A stretch of DNA of 55,557 nucleotides from an uncultured virus (IMG/VR IMGVR_UViG_3300042888_001173). Taxonomy: Duplodnaviria; Heunggongvirae; Uroviricota; Caudoviricetes. Location of the stretch: IMG/VR virus record IMGVR_UViG_3300042888_001173; one strand, written 5' to 3'. The notes beneath the pieces are model-generated. The model did no database searches. It had not been told where the DNA came from and was given only the letters and a program-made list of their open reading frames with translations. Below, one piece after another: positions 42,566-52,131 of the stretch; the first letter of the stretch is position 1, and every line of letters begins with the position of its first letter. Made by a program: the position numbers and the translations under genes.

Positions 42566-43721
42566 ATGATAATTCTGGTATTAAAGTTGCTAGATCTTGG
42601 TTGCGAGACTTGTCTAGTGCGTTTGTATAATGATAAAACTTAGGAAGTTTATGACTCCAGTCTTCTGCATTCATATAATCAATAATTCCTTTGACTTTAT
42701 CTATATGCAGATAAGGTTCTAATAATTTAACCACTTGTTCTTTTAGATGCTGTGGCAAGACCCGGATGTTTAATTCTTCCGGGTGATTTAAAATATTAAA
42801 ATAAATTCTATGTCCGTAGGGAACTGCCCAATCTATTAATTCGTTGAGGCGAAGTATATTATACATCTGTACTGTGCAATGGATCTCTATTGAACAATTT
42901 TTTAATGTTCTTATCTTTTCAAAGTTTTCTTGGATATGCTGCCAACTGCTGGGAAATCTAATATAACGATCAAGTTCTCCTGTTGCATCAATAGAACAAT
43001 TCAATTGTACACGTTTAAAATGCGTCCACCGATCTAATAAATGTTTTGGAACATTAGTAAGATTTGTGTTGTATTTCAATCTAATATTTTTAGCAGTACC
43101 CCTATCTATAAAATAATCCAAGAGTTTGTGCTGTGCTTTAATAATTGTTGGCTCGCCGCCTGTTAGATATATTTCTTCTACAGTGTCAGCAATAAGATAT
43201 AAATTTTCCCAAGTTTTTTCTCTTTCAGGCCAATCCATGTTGTTTAATCTATTGTATTCGCTTTGACTAAGAACTTCTCCTATCAAGGGCCATTCTGCTG
43301 TCCACATATTACTAGCATAAGGATTACACATACGACATTTTAGATTACACAAATTACTTAATCGAATGTCAACATATCTAATATTAAATGTCGCCTGGAT
43401 CGGATACTCTCGGTCCGTCCCCCATTTATCGTTGGCTGCTTGTCTTGCACTTTTAATACCTGCATCTTCTTCTCGAAAACATCTAACGCACATGTCAGGT
43501 CGTTCTCCATCTAAAAACTGCTGTCTTATTTTTGTATATGTAGGACTATTCCAAGCTTCTAACATATCATCACGTTGTATTTGATATGACGAGCCAGGAC
43601 TTTTTAAAATGTTATTGTTTTTGGGATCGCTGTTGCAACAAACACGTAAATTTCCGCTGGCATTTGTAGCCAAATGCATCCATGGCAATACACAGAATGT
43701 TTTAGAAGTTATTTCATCCAT
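42540..43721 (-). CDS. Radical SAM protein with an N-terminal twitch domain (rSAM-3)
   Basis: FCVLPW...VCC...CVRC; CNLKCRMC; TGGEPT. Confidence 0.92.
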   Translation of the reverse strand: MDEITSKTFCVLPWMHLATNASGNLRVCCNSDPKNNNILKSPGSSYQIQRDDMLEAWNSPTYTKIRQQFLDGERPDMCVRCFREEDAGIKSARQAANDKWGTDREYPIQATFNIRYVDIRLSNLCNLKCRMCNPYASNMWTAEWPLIGEVLSQSEYNRLNNMDWPEREKTWENLYLIADTVEEIYLTGGEPTIIKAQHKLLDYFIDRGTAKNIRLKYNTNLTNVPKHLLDRWTHFKRVQLNCSIDATGELDRYIRFPSSWQHIQENFEKIRTLKNCSIEIHCTVQMYNILRLNELIDWAVPYGHRIYFNILNHPEELNIRVLPQHLKEQVVKLLEPYLHIDKVKGIIDYMNAEDWSHKLPKFYHYTNALDKSRNQDLATLIPELSYENTSSRK

Positions 43722-44944
43722 TTTTTTAAAAACTCAAATTTTTCAAACGTTTCATCTCTTGCGCCGTCAAGTGTTTTATTATACTCTAAAAACTTATTCC
43801 ATTTAGTGTTATCATATTGTTCAGATCCATTAAAAAATCTAACAACATCTCTAATACTATTGCCTACATTTAATTGTAAACCGTTCAAGTTGTCTTGATG
43901 TTTTAGATAAGATTCTAGTTTTACTTTAATTTCTTGCCGGGCTTCACCGGTCCAGATTCTACTGTCTAAGAACTTTGGCCAAGTGACAAAATGAACTCCT
44001 GTGAACACCTTCATATTTTTGAACCATTCGAACGTTTCGGGGACATAGTAAATGTTCAGCGCCTGTACTGTTATTTTTCCCTGTATAAAAACATTAGGTA
44101 ATTCTTTCTGCAATAGTCTTATGTTATCTTCGATTACTTTGCTATCTGCTCCTGATCTAATATATTCATTAAGATCTGGAGGCCCATCTAAACTCACTGC
44201 TGCAATAACTTTTTTAAATTTTTTCCAGTAATCAACTACATTGTATTTTTTATTAGATAGCATACTTAAATTAGTTGCATAATTTAAAGTAATCTTATCA
44301 GCGCGATGCATTACACTTTCAAGAATTCTATAATGATCATTGTCGTATAAAGGTTCGCCGCCCGCAAACCAAATTTCATCTACATTACTCATCAACTCTG
44401 GTAAGTTTTCAAAAAATTCTTCCGGATAACTCTTTAACAATGATTTTTTAGTTAGATTAAGATCTATCATTTCTTGTTGCCAACTATCTTCGTGTAGGTG
44501 TGATATTTTTTTATAATCTTCAAACCAACGTGTACTATCCATAGGGTGGCACATACGACATTTAAAATTGCAAAGATTGCTAAGTTTAAATTCTATCCAA
44601 GTAGGCTTATTGTTTAAACTATAATCTTCGTTAATAGATTTTAAATTTGTTTCTGCATTAATTACCTGTCTGCCCACTGAAGAGCTGTTGTACTTCATAC
44701 GAAGACTTTGGGCGCCAACATCTTCCAGTTTCCAGCAGACATCACAGCGTTCGTTTCTAACGCCGTTTATAAGGTCGTTGCGAAGCTGTTTCATTTCTTC
44801 GTTGTTCCAGGCCTGAAGCAAAGTTTCTTTTTTAATATTTGATAATGCTGGCAAACTTCTGCAGCAGGCCTTTATACTACCGTCAGTTTTAGTAGATAGG
44901 TGTGTAAACGGAGCAATACAAAAAGTTTCTTTTTTTACATCCAT
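43709..44944 (-). CDS. Radical SAM protein with an N-terminal twitch domain (rSAM-4)
   Basis: FCIAPF...ACC...CDVC; CNFKCRMC; AGGEPL. Confidence 0.92.
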   Translation of the reverse strand: MDVKKETFCIAPFTHLSTKTDGSIKACCRSLPALSNIKKETLLQAWNNEEMKQLRNDLINGVRNERCDVCWKLEDVGAQSLRMKYNSSSVGRQVINAETNLKSINEDYSLNNKPTWIEFKLSNLCNFKCRMCHPMDSTRWFEDYKKISHLHEDSWQQEMIDLNLTKKSLLKSYPEEFFENLPELMSNVDEIWFAGGEPLYDNDHYRILESVMHRADKITLNYATNLSMLSNKKYNVVDYWKKFKKVIAAVSLDGPPDLNEYIRSGADSKVIEDNIRLLQKELPNVFIQGKITVQALNIYYVPETFEWFKNMKVFTGVHFVTWPKFLDSRIWTGEARQEIKVKLESYLKHQDNLNGLQLNVGNSIRDVVRFFNGSEQYDNTKWNKFLEYNKTLDGARDETFEKFEFLKKWMK

Positions 44945-46926
44945 CCGCCTTCTCCGTGTATAATCATATGGTATCTTGTCTCGTTGCTTTTATTAATTAC
45001 AATATGGAAATAGCCAATTCTTATTCTATTGGTATCACCAGCCTCCCAAGGAACCTGTCCTAAGTATTCCCAATTCTTGTTCCAAAAATGCATTTCGCAG
45101 CCTTCTGGATTGATTATAGCCATGTTGGTTGCCCAGGTATTTGGATCAGGATTATCAGAATGCAGTCCTATCATTCCGCCTGGATCTAGCTTCATTATTC
45201 GAAGTCTATGGTATCTGTCTTTAAACTTGTTTTCTTTAAACCAATTAACCAAGTTTGGGCAGTGTTCAATTGCTTCTTGAGTCCATTCGTAGGGAGCTGA
45301 GTCATTATTGTCATAGCCGTACACTTCATACCCTTCAGTTTTATCATACCCTAATCCGTGCAATACAAAACTTGACCAACCTCTGTGTAATTGCACTCCT
45401 TTAACATAATTATCACTTCTATGACGTGTGAATAAATTAAGATTCTCTAAAGATTTGATCTCATCAACAAAGTCTTTGTAGGGTAATTTAATGTCAATTG
45501 TTTTGTAAAAATTTCCCACAGCATTCGGTAAACTATTTGGTCCGGAACTTCTATGATTGTTGATTCCAACGCCTGACCAAGAAAAATTTAAATTATAGGA
45601 TAGCAGTTCTGTTAGGTAAGCCTGAAGACTGTCGTCTCGATACAGTTGAGTTAAACTAGGAATGTAGCGTAGTACATTACTAAACCAAACATAGGGATGA
45701 CTAGAAGTTTTCACGGCCTGTTTAATATTATCGTCTAGATGAATTATATCACCTTTAACAAAGTGAAAATTACAAGTTTTAATAATATTCCATTTTTCTT
45801 TAATTTCAAATAGAAGTTTATCTTCATCTACTGATTGGCCTTTTGAACCAAATCTAATTAGACTATAGTCTTTGTTAAATTCTTCAACAATGTCTGAATA
45901 GCTGTCAAAGTTATAAAGATTATCTAAAATGTATTTTTGAAAGTCTAGACAGTTTTGATTTACATCAACAAAATAGATATTTGAATTAGGCTGAAGATCA
46001 AATTTCGCAAGATAACTCCACGGAATAATTCCGCTGGCCACAGCAATAAAACAATCAACTTTTAAATTGTTATCAATTGATGTAGATTCTGTATTATAGG
46101 CCCAAAATCCTGCTTCGGGATTTAATAATGTTTTCCATTTGATTAAAAATTCTTTGTGGCCTTTTACTTGCGTTTCTATTTTGTTAATTTCAGATAACGG
46201 TTTATCTATCAATGCTTCGAGATCATTTGGTCTATTTAAATGATAGGTATAAGTTCTATTGTTTCTAAGTTCTTGAGGTAAGTTGTGTACAGTGTAATTT
46301 TTGTTAATAACAAATTTAATTAGATCATGAAAAAGACAAAATTCTGAATTTTTCTTTTCTATTTGCACAGTTTCTTCAGTTCCTTTTTTTATCCACAAAG
46401 GAGTATAGTTGTCGTGTATATTTGATTCACTTCGGTCGATTAGCGGCCAACTGGTATCACTATATTCAAATGTCTCTTCTATTGTAAAACCCTCAGTTAC
46501 TATGTCGGTTATAACTCTCTTAGAAATTATAAGGCATTGCTCATGCAATCCAAAGAAAGATTTCCAGTTATTGTTTTTAATTGAATGATCGATGATATGT
46601 CCAGCTATTGCAGGATCTGTTTTTATAAATTCTAATAGACCGTTGGCTACAGGGACTGGATTTAAGAAAATAGTTCCCGATGGTACTATAAACAAAAAAT
46701 CTGCAGATTCTATACTTGCCTGTTTTATTATTGTGTTTATATTATCCGAAGCAATAATAGAACTGGCAGTACTATTATCTATTACTTCTTTTGCCAAAGT
46801 ATCACCGGTTGTCTTTGACCAATAAAAGGTTAGATCAGCAAAACTTTTTGTTATTCCTTTTGCTAATTTTCTAGTATCCCAGTATCCAAACAGTATTTTC
46901 ATATTAGTCCTTGTATAGGTATTCAA
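44935..46926 (-). CDS. Multidomain protein with a C-terminal Asp/Asn beta-hydroxylase-like 2OG-Fe(II) domain
   Basis: RLRIMKLDPGG.I.LHSD...HIVIN....RYH. Confidence 0.75.
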   Translation of the reverse strand: MNTYTRTNMKILFGYWDTRKLAKGITKSFADLTFYWSKTTGDTLAKEVIDNSTASSIIASDNINTIIKQASIESADFLFIVPSGTIFLNPVPVANGLLEFIKTDPAIAGHIIDHSIKNNNWKSFFGLHEQCLIISKRVITDIVTEGFTIEETFEYSDTSWPLIDRSESNIHDNYTPLWIKKGTEETVQIEKKNSEFCLFHDLIKFVINKNYTVHNLPQELRNNRTYTYHLNRPNDLEALIDKPLSEINKIETQVKGHKEFLIKWKTLLNPEAGFWAYNTESTSIDNNLKVDCFIAVASGIIPWSYLAKFDLQPNSNIYFVDVNQNCLDFQKYILDNLYNFDSYSDIVEEFNKDYSLIRFGSKGQSVDEDKLLFEIKEKWNIIKTCNFHFVKGDIIHLDDNIKQAVKTSSHPYVWFSNVLRYIPSLTQLYRDDSLQAYLTELLSYNLNFSWSGVGINNHRSSGPNSLPNAVGNFYKTIDIKLPYKDFVDEIKSLENLNLFTRHRSDNYVKGVQLHRGWSSFVLHGLGYDKTEGYEVYGYDNNDSAPYEWTQEAIEHCPNLVNWFKENKFKDRYHRLRIMKLDPGGMIGLHSDNPDPNTWATNMAIINPEGCEMHFWNKNWEYLGQVPWEAGDTNRIRIGYFHIVINKSNETRYHMIIHGEGGWM

Positions 46927-48028
46927 AACAAGTTCTATGATCTAATCCTCTTAGCTCATCTATTTTATTCAAATATTCTTTTAGTTCTTTTAGTTTTTGT
47001 GGATCGTGTTTGAGATTTTTAGTCATATTTTTAATTCTATCATTGGGATCATTTTTATATTGTGCTGTTATTTGATCTATTACACTGTGTGGTAAAGCAT
47101 CCAATGTCATAAAGATTGGCCAAAATATAATACTTACATTAAAGTTAAGTGAAAAATTAAATTGATTTGAGTATAATCTAATTTTATCAATTTCAAAAAT
47201 ATTTAAAGCACCCACTGCTATTTGTAATTTGACCTTGATATTTTTTGATCTTGTAGAAAGCAGTTTATAATTTTCTAAAAGGCTGTCATGATTTGTGGGG
47301 AATCGTATATATTCATTAATTTGTTTGCCGCCATCTATGCTTAGGCTTAGATTAACTTGTTCAAAATGAGACCACATATCGATCCACTCTTGATCGATGT
47401 AAGTTCCGTTGGTATCATACCAAAGAACAATATTTTTTGCTAGATCTTTTTCAATTAAAAATTCTATAATTTGTCTATGTTTTTTTATTAGTAAAGGTTC
47501 TCCTCCACTAAAGTACAACACTCGTACCTTTGGAACCCATTCTTGATAGTTGTCTAAAAAACTAGGATGTAGGGGCCAGCGAACATTTTCATCCTTCTTA
47601 AAAAATTTGAGATGTTCAAAATTTTCATATTCATCATACCATGTATTGCTGTTGTCAGGAGTACACATTATACATTTTAAATTACACAGATTCCCCAATC
47701 TCAAATCAACTGCCCATGGAAAATCAACGGCCTGTGTTGGATACGATTTTTTTTCTATTTGAGACCATTTTTGATTTTCAAAACTTCGACGGCTTGGAAT
47801 ACTTTTTTCTTCGTTAAGTCTACAGGTATCACACTCTGTGGGCCATTTGTTGTTTAAAAATTGTTCTCGAACACGTTGATAATCTTGACCTTGCCATATG
47901 TCTTCTAGGCTATTTTTGTTTACATGAAGATTGCCTAGTGTCTTTGATTGACAACACAGTCTAACTTTTCCGTGATTGGTTGTACTTAAATTAACAAAAG
48001 GTGCTACACAAAATATATTTTTATTCAT
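46904..48028 (-). CDS. Radical SAM protein with an N-terminal twitch domain (rSAM-5)
   Basis: FCVAPF...LCC...CDTC; CNLKCIMC; SGGEPL. Confidence 0.92.
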   Translation of the reverse strand: MNKNIFCVAPFVNLSTTNHGKVRLCCQSKTLGNLHVNKNSLEDIWQGQDYQRVREQFLNNKWPTECDTCRLNEEKSIPSRRSFENQKWSQIEKKSYPTQAVDFPWAVDLRLGNLCNLKCIMCTPDNSNTWYDEYENFEHLKFFKKDENVRWPLHPSFLDNYQEWVPKVRVLYFSGGEPLLIKKHRQIIEFLIEKDLAKNIVLWYDTNGTYIDQEWIDMWSHFEQVNLSLSIDGGKQINEYIRFPTNHDSLLENYKLLSTRSKNIKVKLQIAVGALNIFEIDKIRLYSNQFNFSLNFNVSIIFWPIFMTLDALPHSVIDQITAQYKNDPNDRIKNMTKNLKHDPQKLKELKEYLNKIDELRGLDHRTCFEYLYKD

Positions 48029-49421
48029 TAAAAATATCCTTCATTTCTGGAAAAGTATCATAGAAAGATATTCCTCTATGTGCATCTATTTTTTCTAGAT
48101 AGTCTTTCATTTCCGGCAATCGTTGACTCCAGTCTTCTGACTTCATAAAGCTGATCATGCCTCGAAGTCGTTTCACTCCGTAGCTGTTTGCTAGCCAACG
48201 TTCTTTAGTTATCTTTCCTCTATCTTTTTCAGATAGACACAATTCCCAGTTTTCTTCAAACCAAGGAATAAACTCTTCGTACTTGCGTTCACATTCATCT
48301 TTGAACCATTGTGGCAATACTTTTACATTTAAGAAAGCTGGCCAATAGACAAAGTGATAGTTTATACCTCCTGCTCCTAACGGCCACATATTAACTTTCT
48401 TGAAGTTCTGTTGCAGTTTCCATTTCAAGAAGTCTGGAATGTAATATATGTTTAGGGCATTTACAGCGCAGGCAATAGTTACTTCTACATTGTCTGTGGT
48501 CTGCTCGTCAAGTATACGGAATACTTGTTGTGTACGTTCCCACTTGCTGGGATACCGAATGTATTCATTCATAGCACCTATGCTGTCTACGCTGTAATGG
48601 AATCGTACAATTTTAAAGTGGCTCCATAACTCAAACAGATCTTCACGCCATTCTACTCCATTGCTGTTGTAGCGAATCTCAATGTCTTTGGCACGACCCT
48701 GTCGAATAATCTCTTCCAGGATCTCGTAGTGTTCGTCGATGATTAGGGGTTCTCCGCCTGCAAAGTAAACCTGTTGCATATGTGGAATCTGTTCATAGAA
48801 CTGTTGCCAGAACACAGGATTTTGTTTGTGCCAATTATAACTACTGCCGTTGATACTGCCCTTGTTATCCCATTGCCATATTTTTTTAACTCCCTCACTT
48901 TCCAGTGTGGGGAACACCTTCTGCCAATCTTTGATCCAGCCACTGCTGTCATGTGGGCTGCACATGATACAGGCCAATTGGCATTTGGTTCCAAAACGTA
49001 GATCAATGTAGGCCAGCTGTGGGGGAACACTACCGTCTTCGTTGGTTTCGTTGATCAACTTGTCTACGCTTACACGTTGTTTCCAATACTCAGTTTCCCA
49101 TTGACGTTTGCTATTATGACCAGCAGCTTCTTCTTTATAACATTTAGTACAGCTAGGAGGTTGTTCGCCGGCCAACATCTGCTTACGCACATTCTTCATG
49201 TAGTTGCTATTCCAAGCTGTTTGAAAGTCTGTGTTGTTGAGATTGCTTGGGAGACCTTCGTCGTCTTTGAGTACTCCTACTTGTGCTCCTCCAAGTTTTT
49301 TATCGTTGCTGGCACCTACTCCACTGGCATTGGCTGTACAGCACACTCGCATACTGCCGTCTGGTCGAGTGCTTAGATGTACCCAGGGTAGGATACAAAA
49401 TGTTTTACTAGGATAACTCAA
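48021..49421 (-). CDS. Radical SAM protein with an N-terminal twitch domain (rSAM-6)
   Basis: FCILPW...VCC...CTKC; CQLACIMC; AGGEPL. Confidence 0.92.
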   Translation of the reverse strand: MSYPSKTFCILPWVHLSTRPDGSMRVCCTANASGVGASNDKKLGGAQVGVLKDDEGLPSNLNNTDFQTAWNSNYMKNVRKQMLAGEQPPSCTKCYKEEAAGHNSKRQWETEYWKQRVSVDKLINETNEDGSVPPQLAYIDLRFGTKCQLACIMCSPHDSSGWIKDWQKVFPTLESEGVKKIWQWDNKGSINGSSYNWHKQNPVFWQQFYEQIPHMQQVYFAGGEPLIIDEHYEILEEIIRQGRAKDIEIRYNSNGVEWREDLFELWSHFKIVRFHYSVDSIGAMNEYIRYPSKWERTQQVFRILDEQTTDNVEVTIACAVNALNIYYIPDFLKWKLQQNFKKVNMWPLGAGGINYHFVYWPAFLNVKVLPQWFKDECERKYEEFIPWFEENWELCLSEKDRGKITKERWLANSYGVKRLRGMISFMKSEDWSQRLPEMKDYLEKIDAHRGISFYDTFPEMKDIFNE

Positions 49422-49422
49422 T

Positions 49423-50061
49423 TTATGACCTTACAAAAAATAGATTAAAATTCTCAACCCTATGAACTTCCCAACCTAACGGTTTCATAAAATTAACAAA
49501 TCGCCAGAAAGGAACATCCGATTCAATACAAATGAGCTCTAATTCTGTTAGAGTCTCCCACGGAATACTAACCATTAACTCAAGATTAAATGATTCAACA
49601 TCTATACTTATAAAATTATAATTAGTATTATGAAATATATCTTTTACTTTTATAGTATCTACTATAGTTTCTAATACTTTACCGTAATAAATGTTTTCAT
49701 TTCTCAATATTTCTTTAGTGGAGTGTTCAAAAGAAAACCCGCCAACACCATTGCCGACTTCAAAGTGATCCATTCGATGTGTTTCGTAGAATTTCATTTG
49801 AGCTGGATAGTTATTGGGAACCGCAGCAGCTTCTATCAGTCTTATATTTGTTGTTAGATTTCTTTCTTCATAGTTGCTTTTTAATCTTTTAAACACCCAA
49901 GGAGAAGGTTCAATGACAGTACCCTGCCAACCTAGTTCAGCTAGAGCAAGAGTGTTGCTTGCCGCCACACCATCAAATGCACCTATGTCTAGATAACGGC
50001 CTATGCGTCCGTTAAAGAAATTTAATATAATTTCTTGTTCGTTGTTTTGTGAATATTTCAT
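49423..50061 (-). CDS. FkbM-family methyltransferase
   Basis: YSQ..EQ, YLDIGAFDG..SNT, IEP, SIDVE. Confidence 0.85.
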   Translation of the reverse strand: MKYSQNNEQEIILNFFNGRIGRYLDIGAFDGVAASNTLALAELGWQGTVIEPSPWVFKRLKSNYEERNLTTNIRLIEAAAVPNNYPAQMKFYETHRMDHFEVGNGVGGFSFEHSTKEILRNENIYYGKVLETIVDTIKVKDIFHNTNYNFISIDVESFNLELMVSIPWETLTELELICIESDVPFWRFVNFMKPLGWEVHRVENFNLFFVRS

Positions 50062-50204
50062 ATTTTAAATTTTCGTGCTTTCATATCGTGTGTGCAGAAA
50101 CAAGAATTAAATGGACATCTTACAGGTATACTGCCATCGGGTCTAGTGCTAAGGTGTACCCAGGGTAAGATACACCAAGTTTTTGAAGGATATTTTGATT
50201 GCAT
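50058..50204 (-). pseudogene. 48-aa chimeric mini-ORF (rSAM-6-type N-terminus fused to the rSAM-7 C-terminus)
   Basis: MQSKYPSKTWCILPWVHLSTRPDGS-IPVRCPFNSCFCTHDMKARKFKI*. Confidence 0.8.
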
Positions 50205-50214
50205 GTAATATGTA

Positions 50215-50985
50215 TTAAATAATTTTTTTAAGAGATTCGTTTATGATTTCTCCTAATTTTTTATTTCCTAGATTAGAAAAATGTCTGAGATAAGATCTAG
50301 GCAGCTCGATTTCCGAACTTAAATTCTTCAATGAATCATTTTTAATTTCATAGTATAAATTTGATGGCAAATCTAATCGAGTGGCCTTTGGCAAATTTTC
50401 AGAATTGGCATGCGGTTCAAATAATGAAAATACAAAAGATTTTAAATTATATTGTTCTATAGTTTGATTTATATAAGCCAAAGAAAATTTAACTAAATTT
50501 TTGTATGTAATTGATTCTAATATATCAAGTTTAAAATCAGTTGGTAAGGATGGGATTCCATAGTGATGTTCGCATATAGCGTCCAAGGTAGTAGGATTCT
50601 TTGAAAATACAGATTGCGGAGGGATAGAAAAAGCAGACCTGTGTTTTATTAACAGCTCTCTTCCCTCAATCTCTTTAGATGAATCTTCTCGCCAAGAAAA
50701 ATCTTGTTTTCTTAAAACAAATCGAGGTTCTGAAGTTTCCTGAATAATTAACATCGAGTAATCTTTTAATTTGCCGTTGGAATGCAAATCGTTGAGAGTC
50801 TCAGCAAAAGTGGTATAGCCACCACCACCATATGCAAAAACATCAATTTCTAAATCTTTTAAGCATTTTAAAGAATCATACCATCCGTACGATGAAACAA
50901 TGCTCTCTTTAATTGATGATTTTTCATCTCTAGCGTAAGAACCTTGAGTAAGACTACATCCTAATATTAAAACTTTTTTACTCAT
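50215..50985 (-). CDS. SGNH/GDSL-like hydrolase or acyltransferase (start ATG 50985)
   Basis: ILGCSLTQG, YGGGG, IIQET...R, HFSNLGNK. Confidence 0.65.
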   Translation of the reverse strand: MSKKVLILGCSLTQGSYARDEKSSIKESIVSSYGWYDSLKCLKDLEIDVFAYGGGGYTTFAETLNDLHSNGKLKDYSMLIIQETSEPRFVLRKQDFSWREDSSKEIEGRELLIKHRSAFSIPPQSVFSKNPTTLDAICEHHYGIPSLPTDFKLDILESITYKNLVKFSLAYINQTIEQYNLKSFVFSLFEPHANSENLPKATRLDLPSNLYYEIKNDSLKNLSSEIELPRSYLRHFSNLGNKKLGEIINESLKKII

Positions 50986-50986
50986 C

Positions 50987-51052
50987 TTATTTTTCCTTGA
51001 TAACAAAGAAATTTAATATAATTTCTTGTTCGTTGTTTTGTGAATATTTCAT
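50987..51052 (-). pseudogene. 21-aa remnant carrying the first 16 codons of the FkbM gene
   Basis: MKYSQNNEQEIILNFF-VIKEK*. Confidence 0.75.
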
Positions 51053-52074
51053 ATTTTAAATTTTCGTGCTTTCATATCGTGTGTGCAGAAACAAGAATTA
51101 AACGGGCATCTTACCGGTTCAAAGGGCCAAGTTAGTTCATCAAGATTATCTCTCTTCCAATTTCCTATTGGTGGACGTACATAACACATGGCATCCCTTC
51201 GTATGTCTCCATTTTGTTCTAGATATAATGTATCTATACCAACAAAACAATTCCATCCCTTCCAATTATTTTGTTTTAGAGAAATAACTTCTTCAGCGTT
51301 TTGTATCTTGATTTCTTTGGTAACTGAGTTTCGCCATAATGTACTTTCCCAATTGGGTCCTTTTGGGGTATTTATTACCTTGCCGGCCTTGGGAAAGAAT
51401 GTTGGATTGTCTTCTAACCATTTCCATTCTAGATCAGAATAAGGCCATCGATCATGGTTGCCTTGTTCCCCTATTAATGTTAACGGTCTTGCTCGTATTA
51501 ATTCAAACTTGCCATTTTCTACCATATAGTCAATGGTGTCTAAACACTTTTGCCAATGACTGGGTAACATCAGCATCAGTGCATGACTTTTTACATTGTT
51601 TTCTGTCAGTACATTCAATACATCAGTGCAATGTTCCTTTTCTGCAAACTCTGCATGAACACTCAAGGTAATATATTCAAAATATTTTCCATACTCTTGC
51701 CACCATCTAACAGTTCTAACTCCGTTGGTAACTAGACAAACAGTATTACCTAAAGAATATATTAATTCTATAACTCTTTCAATGTCTTTCCAAAGTGTTA
51801 CTTCTCCGCCTAGCAGTTCAAATTGAATTTTCTTCTTGTTGTAGGGGGCACTTTTATATATCTGATCAATTTTATTAATAATTTTAGCAGCCTGTTCATA
51901 ACTGGGCCAAGGGTATGTTCCGTCTTTACATCCTGGGGGGCAATAAACACAATTATTGGTACAGATGTTTCCTACCTGAAAACAAACTCTGAGATAATCT
52001 GATTGCTCTGCTGTTTGTTGATCAAAAGGTTTGGTATTTTTTAATAACCATTGATTGTAGACATCAGTTGTCAT
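51049..52074 (-). CDS. Radical SAM protein (rSAM-7)
   Basis: CTNNCVYC, LGGEVT, CFVG...C...CPFNSCFC. Confidence 0.92.
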   Translation of the reverse strand: MTTDVYNQWLLKNTKPFDQQTAEQSDYLRVCFQVGNICTNNCVYCPPGCKDGTYPWPSYEQAAKIINKIDQIYKSAPYNKKKIQFELLGGEVTLWKDIERVIELIYSLGNTVCLVTNGVRTVRWWQEYGKYFEYITLSVHAEFAEKEHCTDVLNVLTENNVKSHALMLMLPSHWQKCLDTIDYMVENGKFELIRARPLTLIGEQGNHDRWPYSDLEWKWLEDNPTFFPKAGKVINTPKGPNWESTLWRNSVTKEIKIQNAEEVISLKQNNWKGWNCFVGIDTLYLEQNGDIRRDAMCYVRPPIGNWKRDNLDELTWPFEPVRCPFNSCFCTHDMKARKFKI

Positions 52075-52131
52075 TAGTAATTTTTCTCTCTCTTATATCG
52101 TGTATGCATACACATCCCATATCTACATATT

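Larger units (their letters stand above)
50014..51118. repeat. 114-bp direct repeat (50014-50127 and 51005-51118) flanking the SGNH-like gene
   Basis: Offset 991 bp; three mismatches, all synonymous in the rSAM C-terminal frame. Confidence 0.92.
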
